Assembly (NCBI GenBank): GCA_002718195.1
Contig: PBDU01000011.1
Location: forward strand, 219,927-283,926
Reading direction: 5' to 3'
Length of the DNA stretch: 64,000 bases
Origin: Methanobacteriota archaeon
GTDB taxonomy: Archaea > Thermoplasmatota > Poseidoniia > Poseidoniales > Poseidoniaceae
The position numbers were made by a program, and so were the translations under genes. The first letter of the stretch is position 1, and every line of letters begins with the position of its first letter. The notes under the pieces were generated by a model. That model had not been told where the DNA came from and searched no databases. It was given only the letters and a program-made list of their open reading frames with translations. This document shows, piece after piece, positions 18,681 through 28,987 of the stretch.

Positions 18681-21600
18681 ATGTACCTGAAACAGTTAGA
18701 AGTCCGAAATTTCAAGTCTTTCAAAGGGGAAGTAACGATCCCACTGGAACAGGGATTTACCGCTATCACCGGTCCAAATGGCTCTGGGAAATCTAACTGT
18801 GGAGATGCAATCCAATTCGTACTTGGGCCAAGGTCCACCAAGGTGCTAAGAGCAGGCAATGTGAAAGACCTAATTTTCAATGGTGGGGCAAAAGACAAGC
18901 CTGCCAGAGAATGTGAGGTCACCCTCGTTTTTTCCAATCCAGTTATGCCCGATGGTTCTAGGAGAATGGCATATGATTCAGATGAGGTGAAGATGACCAG
19001 ATCGGTTAGGCTCACACCTTCAAACAATACAGTTTCGGAATACACATTGAATGGCGAAGAATCCAACCGCTCTACTTTCCGAAGGTTACTTTCTTCTGCA
19101 AACGCCAGGCCTGACGGATACAATATCGTCCTCCAGGGTGACGTAGCATCTCTCTCGAAAATGAGTACGAGGGAGCGAAGAAAAGTTCTCGATGATGTAG
19201 CAGGAGTTACAAGCTACGATGATGAAATAAAGAAGGCTGGAAAACAGAGAGTAAAGGTAGAGGAATATATTGAGAGAATTCAACTTATTGAAGATGAGCA
19301 GAAGCAGAGATTAAGTGAACTCTCAAAGGAAAAGAAGCAGGCTGTAAAAGCAAAGGATTTGAAGGACTCTCTCGATTCTGCGAGGACATTGCTTCAGCAG
19401 GTAAGGTATGCTACAGTTAAAGGAGAAATTCAGTATCACAATGAGGAGAAGGTTAGGCAGTTAGAAAAGGCAAATACCTTGGACGAAGAGGTCAAAACTG
19501 GATCTAAAACATTGCTTGAACTAGATGATCAAGTTTCGGAAATAGAAAAGAAAGTTAGAGAGCAAATGGGAGAAGGCGGTGAAGAGCTATTGGAATCCAT
19601 AAATGCTCTCAAAATCACAATCGCTACATCTGGGGACAAAATTTCGGATGCAAACAAGATAATTATTGAGAATGAGGAAAAATTGGAACAAGCAAAACAA
19701 GAACTTCTTGATGCACAACAAGAACTTGAATCATTCGTTAATGATTTTTCATCATCAAATGAATCTCTGGCAAGCGCCAAGGAATCCTTGAAAGCAGCAA
19801 ATGAAAAAAGAGACAACTTGAATGAAAAACTTCAATCTTCATCTTCAACTTTGTCAAGGCTTGCTGAAGATGAAAAGAATGCTTCAGAAGCTGTGGAATC
19901 TGCTCGTAAAGCCCTGAATCTTGCCCAATCAGAGGTTGATACAGGGGCAGGTCAAGCGGAGGCTATTGTATCCCAACTAGCCGAGGCTGAATCTCGTTTT
20001 GATGAAGCAAAGATATCAGTTGGAGAGCTTGAACTGGTTGGCGAGGATTTGAAGGAACAACAAGCAGGAAATGACAGAGAAAAGTTAGCTGCTGAACTGA
20101 TGTCTGCCAACAAAGAAGAAGCATTGCTTAAAGAAGAACTTGGAGCAGTGGAAAGAAAACTTTCCCAAACCACGCAAAGGCTAGCAAGTGCAAGAGCGGA
20201 AATGGAGTCAAAATCCGGTGCTAAAGGTCTAGCAGGCGGAGCGGCTGCAGTGCTTAGGGCTAGAGATTCAGGTGAACTAAAAGGCGTAATAGGTACAATT
20301 GCTGAATTATGTGCGCCAAAAGACCAGTCGTTAGAGGTGGCACTTGCAACAGCAATCGGTGGAGGAATGGCATCCGTAGTAGTTGATAATGACCAGTGTG
20401 CTGAAGATGCAATTAAGTGGTTGAGTAGGAATAATGCTGGAAGAGCGACTTTCCTGCCTTTGAATAAATTATCCAGCACAAGGGCAGCGGGTAAGGCAGT
20501 CATGGTAGCTAGAAAGCCAGGTGTAATCGGTTTTGCTCATGATTTGTTGGATTATGATCCGAGGATAGATATCGCTGTTAAATTCGCCTTGCGAAATACC
20601 CTAATTGTCGAAAATCTCTCTGTTGCACGACAGAATATGGGTGGAGTTAGGCTAGTGACAAAAAACGGTGATGTGACTGAAGCCGGCGGAGCCATGGTCG
20701 GTGGTTCAAGAAGAAAAATGAATATCACTTTTGGCGGTAAGATTCAGGGAGCATCTGAAGTTGAGAAATTCCAGGCTGAAGTCAATAGGTTACAAGGTAT
20801 GCAATCAAGAGTCCAAGAGTCAATTGAGGCAGCCCGTGCAAAACAAAGCAGAATCAAGTCCCAACTGAATGAAGCTGGTGAAGATTCATTGACACAAAAG
20901 ATTGCGGATTGGAGAGCAGAAATCAAGTCAGCGAAATTCAAGATGTCACAGGCTCAAGGAGATGTTGCAAAAGTAGAGCGCCAGTTGACCGATTTACAAC
21001 TTCAAGCAAAGGGTAAATTATCTGCTTTAACTTATGCAGAAAAATCACTTGAACAAGCAGAACAGAACCATGACTCTGCTAAAAATGCGTTACAGGAAGC
21101 AAGCCCTGTTCATCTAAAAGAACAAATGTCTGCTGTTGAAGTTGAAATAGTGACTGCAAAATCCGAAATCACGAGAGTAGAAGAAATGCAATCTTCCGCA
21201 GATAAGCAGAAGCAGTTACTTCAGAAAGCTGTCGAAAGTTCCGATATTAAATTAACAGATATTGAAGATTCTATTGCCGAGAATAAGTCATTGATCATAG
21301 AATTAGAAGAACAAATCTCTTGTAACAAAGTTGACCTTGATGCTAAAGAAAATGAAAGATCAATTTTAATGGAATCAAATCAAGAATTAGAAGATGAGCG
21401 TAATGACCTCATCGAGAAGAGGGCAACCTTGAGAGCAAATCTAGAACAGAAGTCTGAAAATTCAAGACAAATGCGCTCAATGGCTAGTTCTATAGAGGCA
21501 ACATTAGGTTCTAAGAAAGTAGAGTTAGACAATATCTTTACTGAAATGTTCGAGGAAGGAATCTCACCAGCAGAAGAAGATGCAGATCTGCCAAATCTGA

Positions 21601-22538
21601 ATGAGGTGGAAAGATCGGTTAGAAACCTGGATAAGAAGATGGTAGCGCTTGGTCCCGTTAACTTCCTTGCTTTGGAGCAATATGAGGCATGTGAGAATAG
21701 ATTAAACGACATGAAAGATGATTTCAAATCACTACAGTCAAGAAGAAAAGAATTGATTGAGGTTACTGAACTTTTGGAGAGCCAGCGAACAGAAAGAATC
21801 ACTAGTGTACTTTCTGAAGTGAACAAGAATTTCAAGGAAGTTTACAAGATTTTGAGCAACGGTGGAGAAGGAGAGCTATTCTTTGATAATCCAGACAATC
21901 CATTCCAGGGTGGATTGGACATGTGGGCAAGACCACGTGGAAAGTCGAGTAAGTGTTCGCTAGCCGGCTTAAGTGGAGGAGAGCAATCAGTTGCCGCTCT
22001 GGCATTGATTTTTGCGATTCAGGATTATGATCCATCTCCGTTCTACTACTTTGATGAAGTCGACCAGAATTTGGATGGTGATAACTCCTACAGAATTGCA
22101 GACATGTGTAGGCAAAGAAGTAAGCAAGCACAATTCATTATGGTGACATTGAGGAAGGTCAGCTTAGGTTTAGCAGATCACCACATTGGAATTACTCACG
22201 GAGGAGATGGATGTTCTCGCAGAATCATGGACTTTGACCGTGAAAGAGCCATACAAGTTGGTGAAGAGGCGCGTATTGAGCAAGAGGCTGCTATGAAACA
22301 AAACAAGATTTTGAGCAGCGAATCCCAAGCATTCCAAGATGCTATGCCTAGTGTCCCAGAAGAACTGGATACTCCGATTAGTCTGGGAGGGTCAAACTCC
22401 TTCGAAGGTTTAGCAGAAAGAACTGAGGAAATGACAGAAGATATTGAGGAAAGACAGTCAGTGTCTTCAGAAATTCTTGCTATGGAAAAGGAATCTCAAG
22501 AAGATGAAGTTAGCAGTGAACAAGTCGAGGTAGAGTGA
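18681..22538 (+). CDS. smc: Chromosome segregation protein SMC
   Basis: N-terminal Walker A FTAITGPNGSGKSN. Long coiled coils, a hinge, and the C-terminal signature LSGGE...Walker B YYFDEVD. Acidic ~100-aa C-terminal tail. Confidence 0.95.
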   Translation: MYLKQLEVRNFKSFKGEVTIPLEQGFTAITGPNGSGKSNCGDAIQFVLGPRSTKVLRAGNVKDLIFNGGAKDKPARECEVTLVFSNPVMPDGSRRMAYDSDEVKMTRSVRLTPSNNTVSEYTLNGEESNRSTFRRLLSSANARPDGYNIVLQGDVASLSKMSTRERRKVLDDVAGVTSYDDEIKKAGKQRVKVEEYIERIQLIEDEQKQRLSELSKEKKQAVKAKDLKDSLDSARTLLQQVRYATVKGEIQYHNEEKVRQLEKANTLDEEVKTGSKTLLELDDQVSEIEKKVREQMGEGGEELLESINALKITIATSGDKISDANKIIIENEEKLEQAKQELLDAQQELESFVNDFSSSNESLASAKESLKAANEKRDNLNEKLQSSSSTLSRLAEDEKNASEAVESARKALNLAQSEVDTGAGQAEAIVSQLAEAESRFDEAKISVGELELVGEDLKEQQAGNDREKLAAELMSANKEEALLKEELGAVERKLSQTTQRLASARAEMESKSGAKGLAGGAAAVLRARDSGELKGVIGTIAELCAPKDQSLEVALATAIGGGMASVVVDNDQCAEDAIKWLSRNNAGRATFLPLNKLSSTRAAGKAVMVARKPGVIGFAHDLLDYDPRIDIAVKFALRNTLIVENLSVARQNMGGVRLVTKNGDVTEAGGAMVGGSRRKMNITFGGKIQGASEVEKFQAEVNRLQGMQSRVQESIEAARAKQSRIKSQLNEAGEDSLTQKIADWRAEIKSAKFKMSQAQGDVAKVERQLTDLQLQAKGKLSALTYAEKSLEQAEQNHDSAKNALQEASPVHLKEQMSAVEVEIVTAKSEITRVEEMQSSADKQKQLLQKAVESSDIKLTDIEDSIAENKSLIIELEEQISCNKVDLDAKENERSILMESNQELEDERNDLIEKRATLRANLEQKSENSRQMRSMASSIEATLGSKKVELDNIFTEMFEEGISPAEEDADLPNLNEVERSVRNLDKKMVALGPVNFLALEQYEACENRLNDMKDDFKSLQSRRKELIEVTELLESQRTERITSVLSEVNKNFKEVYKILSNGGEGELFFDNPDNPFQGGLDMWARPRGKSSKCSLAGLSGGEQSVAALALIFAIQDYDPSPFYYFDEVDQNLDGDNSYRIADMCRQRSKQAQFIMVTLRKVSLGLADHHIGITHGGDGCSRRIMDFDRERAIQVGEEARIEQEAAMKQNKILSSESQAFQDAMPSVPEELDTPISLGGSNSFEGLAERTEEMTEDIEERQSVSSEILAMEKESQEDEVSSEQVEVE

Positions 22539-23689
22539 GATATATGCTTGAACAACCCACTCTCGACCGCTGGTTGCTAAAACAAGATGTCATAGATCAG
22601 TTGGTTAATGTCGGTGAAGATTCAAACGAGGCTGAGGATTTTGCAAATAGAATTCTCTCGATAGCAAATACCGAGGAAGCAGAATTTCATACGATTTCGG
22701 ACCCTGTTGATAGATCGATTGCACTCGTACTTTCTTTGGTAAAATCTGAAGGTTTAGATGCCTGGAATATTGATTTGAAAGCATTTTTATCCGTATTTTC
22801 CAAACGAGTCAAGGCTTCTAATGACCTTGACTTACCAGCGTGTGGAAGACTGATTAGGATGGCTTGGGAAGTTTTGCATAACCAAACAGAATCATTCTAT
22901 GATAGGGTTCAAATCGTTGAGGATGAAGATTTCCTTGATGATTTTGAAATGGACTGGCATGAATCATACGATGATGAGGAATATTACTTCACAACTGGCG
23001 TAATCTCAGGAGAATTCGATTCAGAATTGCCTAATCTTTTCGAAGAGAGGGTTAGGAGAGACGAGGGAAGACCAGTGACACTTGGAGAACTGTTGAGCGC
23101 ATTCAAAATGGCTGCTGACGAAGCAGAGGTTCTCAAGCAGAGGGAAAACAACCGTAAGCGTCATGCAATTGAATTGCAAGATTATCTCTCTAATGTTGGC
23201 GGTAGGATGCATGATGAAGACCTTGAGGGGGATATTGAACGCTCTTGGAGGGCGTTAAAACAATCATGCATGATAAATAAATCATCGGTAGTTGAATTAT
23301 CGGAAGTAATCGTTCAGCTGCGTGAAATTTTGATTGCTGAGAAGGGAGAAGTCCTGGGAGAAATAAGGGATGATGCTGAGGTTTCGTCGCTAATTTCTGG
23401 ATTATTTTTGACACATCGTAAAATAGCATCTATTTCTCAAGAAGAGGTTCCATATGGTCCAATTTTAATCGAGGATTTGTGGCCTAAATTTGATGATTAC
23501 AACGAATTAATAGCTAATTTAAGAAGTCTGGAAGAAAAAGAGTCTGAGGAATCAAAATCTGAGATACTCCCTTCAGAAAGATTGGCAAATAGGCTCGCTC
23601 AAAGGGCTAAGGAAGCGGAAATCGAGATGGAGAGAGAGAAACAACTCATCGAAGAAAATCAGAATAACACAGATTGGATGGTGGAATGA
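22535..23689 (+). CDS. scpA: Segregation and condensation protein A (kleisin)
   Basis: Overlaps the smc stop (GTGA). Position between smc and scpB. 384 aa with acidic stretches. Assignment is mainly from context. Confidence 0.7.
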   Translation: MRYMLEQPTLDRWLLKQDVIDQLVNVGEDSNEAEDFANRILSIANTEEAEFHTISDPVDRSIALVLSLVKSEGLDAWNIDLKAFLSVFSKRVKASNDLDLPACGRLIRMAWEVLHNQTESFYDRVQIVEDEDFLDDFEMDWHESYDDEEYYFTTGVISGEFDSELPNLFEERVRRDEGRPVTLGELLSAFKMAADEAEVLKQRENNRKRHAIELQDYLSNVGGRMHDEDLEGDIERSWRALKQSCMINKSSVVELSEVIVQLREILIAEKGEVLGEIRDDAEVSSLISGLFLTHRKIASISQEEVPYGPILIEDLWPKFDDYNELIANLRSLEEKESEESKSEILPSERLANRLAQRAKEAEIEMEREKQLIEENQNNTDWMVE

Positions 23690-24297
23690 TGACTGAAATG
23701 CCAATAGAAACTCTGCTTGAAGCCACTTTATTTGGTGCTGGGAAGACAATGAGTGTCACCGATATTTCAGAATCCCTTGGTTACAGCGAGCAAGAAGTAT
23801 TAGATGGATTACAATCCCTTCAAGCCACGATGAAAAGAAGAAAGAATGGTTCTCTAAGACTTACTGAAATTTCAAAGAAATGGGTAATGGAAGTTAAACC
23901 ATCTATTGCAGATCATTTACCAAAAGATACCAAGGCAGAAATAGCCCCTAAGTTATTGAAGGCTGCTTCAATAATTGCATATCATCAACCAATCACTCAA
24001 TCAGATCTAGTCAAATTAATGGGTCCAAAAGCCTACGATTACGTTCGTGAGTTAGCCCAAAGAGGCATGGTCGATAGAAGGAAAGACGGCGTCACAAGGA
24101 GATTAACAACTACTCGTAGATTTAGTGAGTACTTTGGATGCCCTCATACTGAAAGAAAGAAAGTGAAAGCCTGGTTTAGGGATATGGTCAAAGAAGCAGG
24201 ATTGCTGGATGGCATGGAAACAGCGGTTATTCTTGAGGAACAAAACGATGAACCAGTACAGTTAACTCTGCCATTAAACGAGGACAATCAAGATTGA
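23686..24297 (+). CDS. scpB: Segregation and condensation protein B
   Basis: IETLLEATLFGAGKTMSVTDI matches the ScpB N-terminal winged-helix consensus (IEAILFA.G.PLS). ATG 23686 overlaps the scpA stop (ATGA). The track start at 23674 is TTG. Confidence 0.8.
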   Translation: MMTEMPIETLLEATLFGAGKTMSVTDISESLGYSEQEVLDGLQSLQATMKRRKNGSLRLTEISKKWVMEVKPSIADHLPKDTKAEIAPKLLKAASIIAYHQPITQSDLVKLMGPKAYDYVRELAQRGMVDRRKDGVTRRLTTTRRFSEYFGCPHTERKKVKAWFRDMVKEAGLLDGMETAVILEEQNDEPVQLTLPLNEDNQD

Positions 24298-25589
24298 TTG
24301 CGTAAATCAGCAAGAATTTTTTCCGCTAGAGATTGTGTTCTAGGACCATCAAAGTTCCTTAGTTTGGTTGCCACAATCTCAATTTCTTCTCCTTCAGCAC
24401 CCGCTGAAACAGCCATGTTTCTTGCGTGTAGTTTCATGTGTCCTTGTTGGATTCCTTCGGTTGCAAGTGCTCTCATGGCACCTAGATTTTGTGCTAGCCC
24501 TGCAGCAGCCATGATATTTCCTAACTCAGTAGCTGATTCAACACCTAGCAATGCAAGATTTGCTCTTGCTGCTGGATGGACCTTAGATGCTCCTCCGACC
24601 GTCCCAACAGCCATCGGCAGCTCAATATTGCCGACTAAATTACCATCTTCGTCTTTGTACCAATCTGACATTGAAGTGTAGTTTTCTGATTTAATTGCAG
24701 CATAAGCATGACAACCTGCTTCTATTGCTCTCCAGTCTTGTCCACAAGCAATTCCGACTGGAGATATGGCATTCATTATCCCTTTATTGTGGGTTGCAGC
24801 ACGATATGGGTCTGATACTGCGAAATGGAATGCTTCGATAATTCTGTCAATTACTAGCAGACCATCCTCTCTATTTCCAGATTTTACCATTTCCTCTGGG
24901 GGGAATTTAGCCGTGATTCTACTAAGTCTCAAGTCTGCTAAATTTGACAAAATTTTGAGTGCTACTCTACCTTTGGTAAGTTTTTCTAAATCAGGGGCAA
25001 TTAATTCTGACATAGTGTTGACTGCGTTTGCGCCCATTGCATCTCTACAATCTACATGCAAGTGTACTATCAGCATCTTTCCAATTTTGGTTTCGATTAC
25101 TCTTGTGATTATGTCTTTACACCCTCCACCCAATGCAATCATTCTACTAGGAAGGGAATTACATTTGTCTACTAATTCTTGCTTAGATCGATTTATCGAT
25201 TCAATAGCATCATCGAAATTTTCAATTTCCAAAATCTGAATTTGTCCAATCATTATAGGTTCATCAGAATTGGAAAAAAATCCTCCTGTGGACCGACATC
25301 TCTTGGCAATGTTGGATGCTGCAGCTACTACGGACGATTCTTCTATGCAAAATGGGATGATGTATTCTTTGCCGTCTACGATGAAGTTAGTTGCAACCCC
25401 AACAGGTAGAGACATAGTGCCAATTACATTTTCAATCATCCGATCTGCTGAATCTTCTGACAATTCACCTGTTGAAGCCCAAGCTAGTGCCTGGTTATCG
25501 TCTAAGGATGCTAATTTTCTTACAATATCTCTGCGCTCTTCAACGCTCAGGCGAAAAAAGCCACTTAGCCGACTATCCTCTACTGGCAT
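24288..25589 (-). CDS. hmgA: Hydroxymethylglutaryl-CoA reductase, class II-like
   Basis: MPVEDSRLSGFFRLSVEERR resembles the class II (P. mevalonii-type) N-terminus. ENVIG motif, ~430 aa. ATG at 25589 chosen over the track GTG at 25613. Confidence 0.85.
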   Translation of the reverse strand: MPVEDSRLSGFFRLSVEERRDIVRKLASLDDNQALAWASTGELSEDSADRMIENVIGTMSLPVGVATNFIVDGKEYIIPFCIEESSVVAAASNIAKRCRSTGGFFSNSDEPIMIGQIQILEIENFDDAIESINRSKQELVDKCNSLPSRMIALGGGCKDIITRVIETKIGKMLIVHLHVDCRDAMGANAVNTMSELIAPDLEKLTKGRVALKILSNLADLRLSRITAKFPPEEMVKSGNREDGLLVIDRIIEAFHFAVSDPYRAATHNKGIMNAISPVGIACGQDWRAIEAGCHAYAAIKSENYTSMSDWYKDEDGNLVGNIELPMAVGTVGGASKVHPAARANLALLGVESATELGNIMAAAGLAQNLGAMRALATEGIQQGHMKLHARNMAVSAGAEGEEIEIVATKLRNFDGPRTQSLAEKILADLRNQS

Positions 25590-25664
25590 GGCTATCCCAG
25601 TCCTATTTATCACATGACTATTCCGTTTTATTGGCTTTGATGTTCTAAGTCCAAATCAATTAAA

Positions 25665-25780
25665 ATTAACGCTTATTAACGCTTTAAACTAACGTTAACT
25701 AACTGTTAATTGAGCGTTAATGTAGAGGAAATAGGTACAAAAGAAGCATTCGGGTAAGTTGAATGACGCTAATTAACGCT
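25665..25780. promoter_or_regulatory. Array of ATTAACGCT motifs in the hmgA / ATPase divergent intergenic region
   Basis: Perfect tandem 10-mer ATTAACGCTT at 25665-25674 and 25675-25684. An inverted copy AGCGTTAAT at 25713-25721. A third direct copy ATTAACGCT at 25772-25780. Related AACGTTAA at 25691-25698. Confidence 0.5.
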
Positions 25781-25848
25781 TTGTACACTCCCTTGAATTA
25801 AGATAAACTCATAAACCAAATTGGAGATGTTTTGTTATTGGGGATTTT

Positions 25849-27657
25849 ATGATACAAATTGAGTTTCCACAGTTAGAAATGAATCCTTTCATGCTCAAAC
25901 CAATCAAAAACGACCAAGGAAACCTTTTTTCAGGTAGGGAAAGAGAATTAGCCACAATTTCCACTTACATCAAGTTCAGATCCTCTAGATTTGCAGTAGT
26001 TCATGGTCCCAAAGGGATAGGTAAAACCTCTTTTCTCAATGTGGTTTCAAATGCCTCTTCGATGCCTGTTTTGATAGATTCTATCCAAATAGATTCGCCA
26101 TACAATTCGCTTATTGAAGGTGTTTATTCAGCAATGATTGGTTATGATATTCCAAGTAATTGGAGGCAGATTGAAAGCGATTTAGAAAAAGCAACCAATT
26201 CTTATTCAGGTCCGCTACCATTCATAGCAATAGATGCCCCAGATTTGCCGTTAGAGAGCCTTTCTAGGCTTATTGGTAGGTTTGCTAGCCTTGCAGAAAA
26301 ACTTGAGGTTATGACGATTTTTTCATTAGATTCCGATGTTTTCCAGAATTTACCCCTAGACGCCAAGAAAAAGTTTGACCTAGTAATGCCTCTGGACCCT
26401 TTGGAGAGCGACGAAGTTGCTAAGCTGGTGGAATCCAGAGTTAAGTCTGCAGGAGTTGATTGGAAATGTTCTGATGATGTCTCTCAGTCATTATTGGACC
26501 AGTTTAATGGTAATCCTGGGGAAACAATAGTCCAATTAAGGGATTATGTTGATGCCATTTTCTTCGATCTTAGTGGTAACAGTATGGCGAATGTTTACAA
26601 TAACATGAAAAATCAATCATCCGAATTAGATCCATTAGTGGAGAAGTTCAATGATGAGATAATCGATATTGTAGCAAACGATGATGAGGAATCAGTTGAT
26701 GAAATAGTAGAACAAGAAAAACATAGGGAAACAGAAGATGACCTCAAGAAAGTTTATTCTAGTCCAAGCACAGAATTTTATTCCAATGATGAACATGATT
26801 TGTCAAATCCAGAAGGAAATTCCTCCGATTCAAGTTCTGATGATTTAATAGATGATTTGATATTCCCTGAATTTGAGGAATTCAACTTAGATTTTGACAA
26901 ATTGGATGAGATGAAGCAAAGCGAAAATGTGCCATCTAAACCAGTTAAAATGCCATCTGGAGGCTTATCAGGGCTAAGAGCAAGAATGAATTCATATGAT
27001 GATAAAAATCAAGATTCTGTTGACCTTAAGATTGCAGATTCAGACGACAGTGCATCGATCTGGGTTTCTCAAGAAGCACCTTTATTCGGACATGAAGAAA
27101 AAGAAATGCATGTTGAAGAAGATGAGATGGAACTAGATTTAGTAGAGATAGATCAAGAACCAAATTACTTTGATTCATTGGCAGAAAGGTCCTACTCAAG
27201 TGATATTTTGGATAATAATGATACAAATGGAGAAGATAATAACGAGAAATTAGTAAAAATGCTGCAAGATATTTTGCTTGGTAAAAACCATAATTCCGTT
27301 CGAGAGAACGTTACCAAAGTGTCTAAAATTGTCGAGTCTTTGATGTCATTGAATGAGCCCAAGGAGAATCTTGAACAAGAGAGACCGCTTGAAATAAGCA
27401 TTTTCACTAATCTCAACAAGAAAGAAGCCAAGGTACTAGCCAAAGGAATTGACAAAGAAATAACTCCTAGCGATAAGGAAATTCTTGAGGAATTGGATGT
27501 GAAAAGACCTCGACTCTCTCAAATATGCAATAAATTACAGAAAAGTGGAGTTTTCAAAAGTAAGAAAATCGGAAGGTCGAGGTATTTTTCAATAACCTCT
27601 ACTGCTAAAGCGCAAATGAAAGCGTGGGGTATGTTAGACCAGGGAGGTGAATATTGA
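25849..27657 (+). CDS. Archaeal-ATPase (PF01637-like/STAND-like) P-loop NTPase with acidic low-complexity middle region and C-terminal winged-helix
   Basis: N-terminal F.GRE.EL motif (LFSGRERELATIS) followed by Walker A VVHGPKGIGKTSF. Walker-B-like hhhhD at FIAIDAPD. Long D/E/S-rich region. C-terminal wHTH-like segment (LSQICNKLQKSGVFKSKKIGRSRYFSIT). Confidence 0.7.
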   Translation: MIQIEFPQLEMNPFMLKPIKNDQGNLFSGRERELATISTYIKFRSSRFAVVHGPKGIGKTSFLNVVSNASSMPVLIDSIQIDSPYNSLIEGVYSAMIGYDIPSNWRQIESDLEKATNSYSGPLPFIAIDAPDLPLESLSRLIGRFASLAEKLEVMTIFSLDSDVFQNLPLDAKKKFDLVMPLDPLESDEVAKLVESRVKSAGVDWKCSDDVSQSLLDQFNGNPGETIVQLRDYVDAIFFDLSGNSMANVYNNMKNQSSELDPLVEKFNDEIIDIVANDDEESVDEIVEQEKHRETEDDLKKVYSSPSTEFYSNDEHDLSNPEGNSSDSSSDDLIDDLIFPEFEEFNLDFDKLDEMKQSENVPSKPVKMPSGGLSGLRARMNSYDDKNQDSVDLKIADSDDSASIWVSQEAPLFGHEEKEMHVEEDEMELDLVEIDQEPNYFDSLAERSYSSDILDNNDTNGEDNNEKLVKMLQDILLGKNHNSVRENVTKVSKIVESLMSLNEPKENLEQERPLEISIFTNLNKKEAKVLAKGIDKEITPSDKEILEELDVKRPRLSQICNKLQKSGVFKSKKIGRSRYFSITSTAKAQMKAWGMLDQGGEY

Positions 27658-28688
27658 TGTGGACAGTTTCGTGGTCTTGGCAAGCAGAAACAAGAGTTTC
27701 AACTATCCATTCAGTAAATTCAGGAGTGATTGTTTCTCATGGACTCAAGATGACTTATTTCTCTCCAGAAGGGAGAACCAATTGGGAAATTTCAGTGCCT
27801 TTCAAGGTGCATTGTATAAGACAATCAGGAAATTCAGTCTTGATTTTAGCAGCGCATGCTTTTTACTTACTCAATATAGAAGATGGAGACTATCTGATGA
27901 ATGGAAAGGCTACATTCAAAGGATTCAAGGATGCCATAGGAAGACCCGGTGGTGGATGGATTTTATCCGGTAGAAATGGTAATATCCACATATTTTCACA
28001 AGATGGAATTGGAATTAAAAGGATTGGATTTGGGAAAATAAGAAAATTAGTCGGCTGGATTGACAGGGATAATTTACTCGTACACAAAGACGATGGACGC
28101 TTAGCAGTGATTTCTTTTGGCAGGACCGATCAAATCAAAGATGTTTCTGAACACATCTGGTCATGGGTATCGAATCTCGAGAAAGGAAAGATGCTAATGC
28201 AGGGAGGAAATGGGGGTCTCTTCCAAGGAATCCCTAACAAGTACGATTGGGATAGTCTCGAAAATCTTGAAAACAGAGACCTTGAACCTATGCAGGCATC
28301 TTGGCTAGAAGATGGTTGGTGGGTTATGCACATTGATGGCTCACTTCATAATATTTCAGGCATTGAATCCGATGCAAACATGCTAGGTAAGGGTATGAAT
28401 CTTGGTGATTTGCTCGATTCTTCTTCATCTGAGATGTTCGTTAGTGGTAATAAATCAGGATTAATCAGGTACTGGTTGAGTGAATCATCAGCCAATATGA
28501 TCGCAGAGCTAAAATCTCAAGAACGTGCTCAAAAAGCGAGCCAAGAGGTCTGGGTTGCAAGGAAGGAAATCTTTGCATTGGCTCAAGAGAATGAGGCTAA
28601 TGGAAATTATGAATCTGCAATTGATTTGTATAAAAAGTTAGGAAGAGATAACGAAGTCAAAAGATTGCGCAAGAAAATGAGGGACTAA
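27657..28688 (+). CDS. Beta-propeller-like (WD40/PQQ-like) repeat protein
   Basis: ATG overlaps the ATPase stop (TGATG) with AGGGAGGTGA upstream. Recurrent W/G/D-containing ~40-aa repeats. C-terminal Lys/Glu-rich helix. Confidence 0.55.
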   Translation: MWTVSWSWQAETRVSTIHSVNSGVIVSHGLKMTYFSPEGRTNWEISVPFKVHCIRQSGNSVLILAAHAFYLLNIEDGDYLMNGKATFKGFKDAIGRPGGGWILSGRNGNIHIFSQDGIGIKRIGFGKIRKLVGWIDRDNLLVHKDDGRLAVISFGRTDQIKDVSEHIWSWVSNLEKGKMLMQGGNGGLFQGIPNKYDWDSLENLENRDLEPMQASWLEDGWWVMHIDGSLHNISGIESDANMLGKGMNLGDLLDSSSSEMFVSGNKSGLIRYWLSESSANMIAELKSQERAQKASQEVWVARKEIFALAQENEANGNYESAIDLYKKLGRDNEVKRLRKKMRD

Positions 28689-28690
28689 TA

Positions 28691-28987
28691 ATGGAAAAAA
28701 ATGATACCGTAACGGAAGAAAAAATCAATCATTATCTTGATTTAACTCACAGAGCAAGGCAAAAAGCATCAATCATTCCAGCAAAGGATGAGCCTGGTTT
28801 TGGCTCGGTTATGACAATGCTCAAAATGGCTGATGATTATTACTCCGATGCAAAATATTTCCGTGACCAGGGAGATTACGTTCGAGCGTTTGGGGCAATA
28901 AATTACGCTCACGCCTGGATAGATGCAGGAGTAAAAATTGGTCTTCTAGATGGGCATGGCGATGACGTTTTATTCACTCTTCCCTGA
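28691..28987 (+). CDS. Small conserved hypothetical protein (98 aa)
   Basis: Starts 3 nt after the propeller gene. Non-low-complexity composition. No motif recognised. Confidence 0.45.
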   Translation: MEKNDTVTEEKINHYLDLTHRARQKASIIPAKDEPGFGSVMTMLKMADDYYSDAKYFRDQGDYVRAFGAINYAHAWIDAGVKIGLLDGHGDDVLFTLP

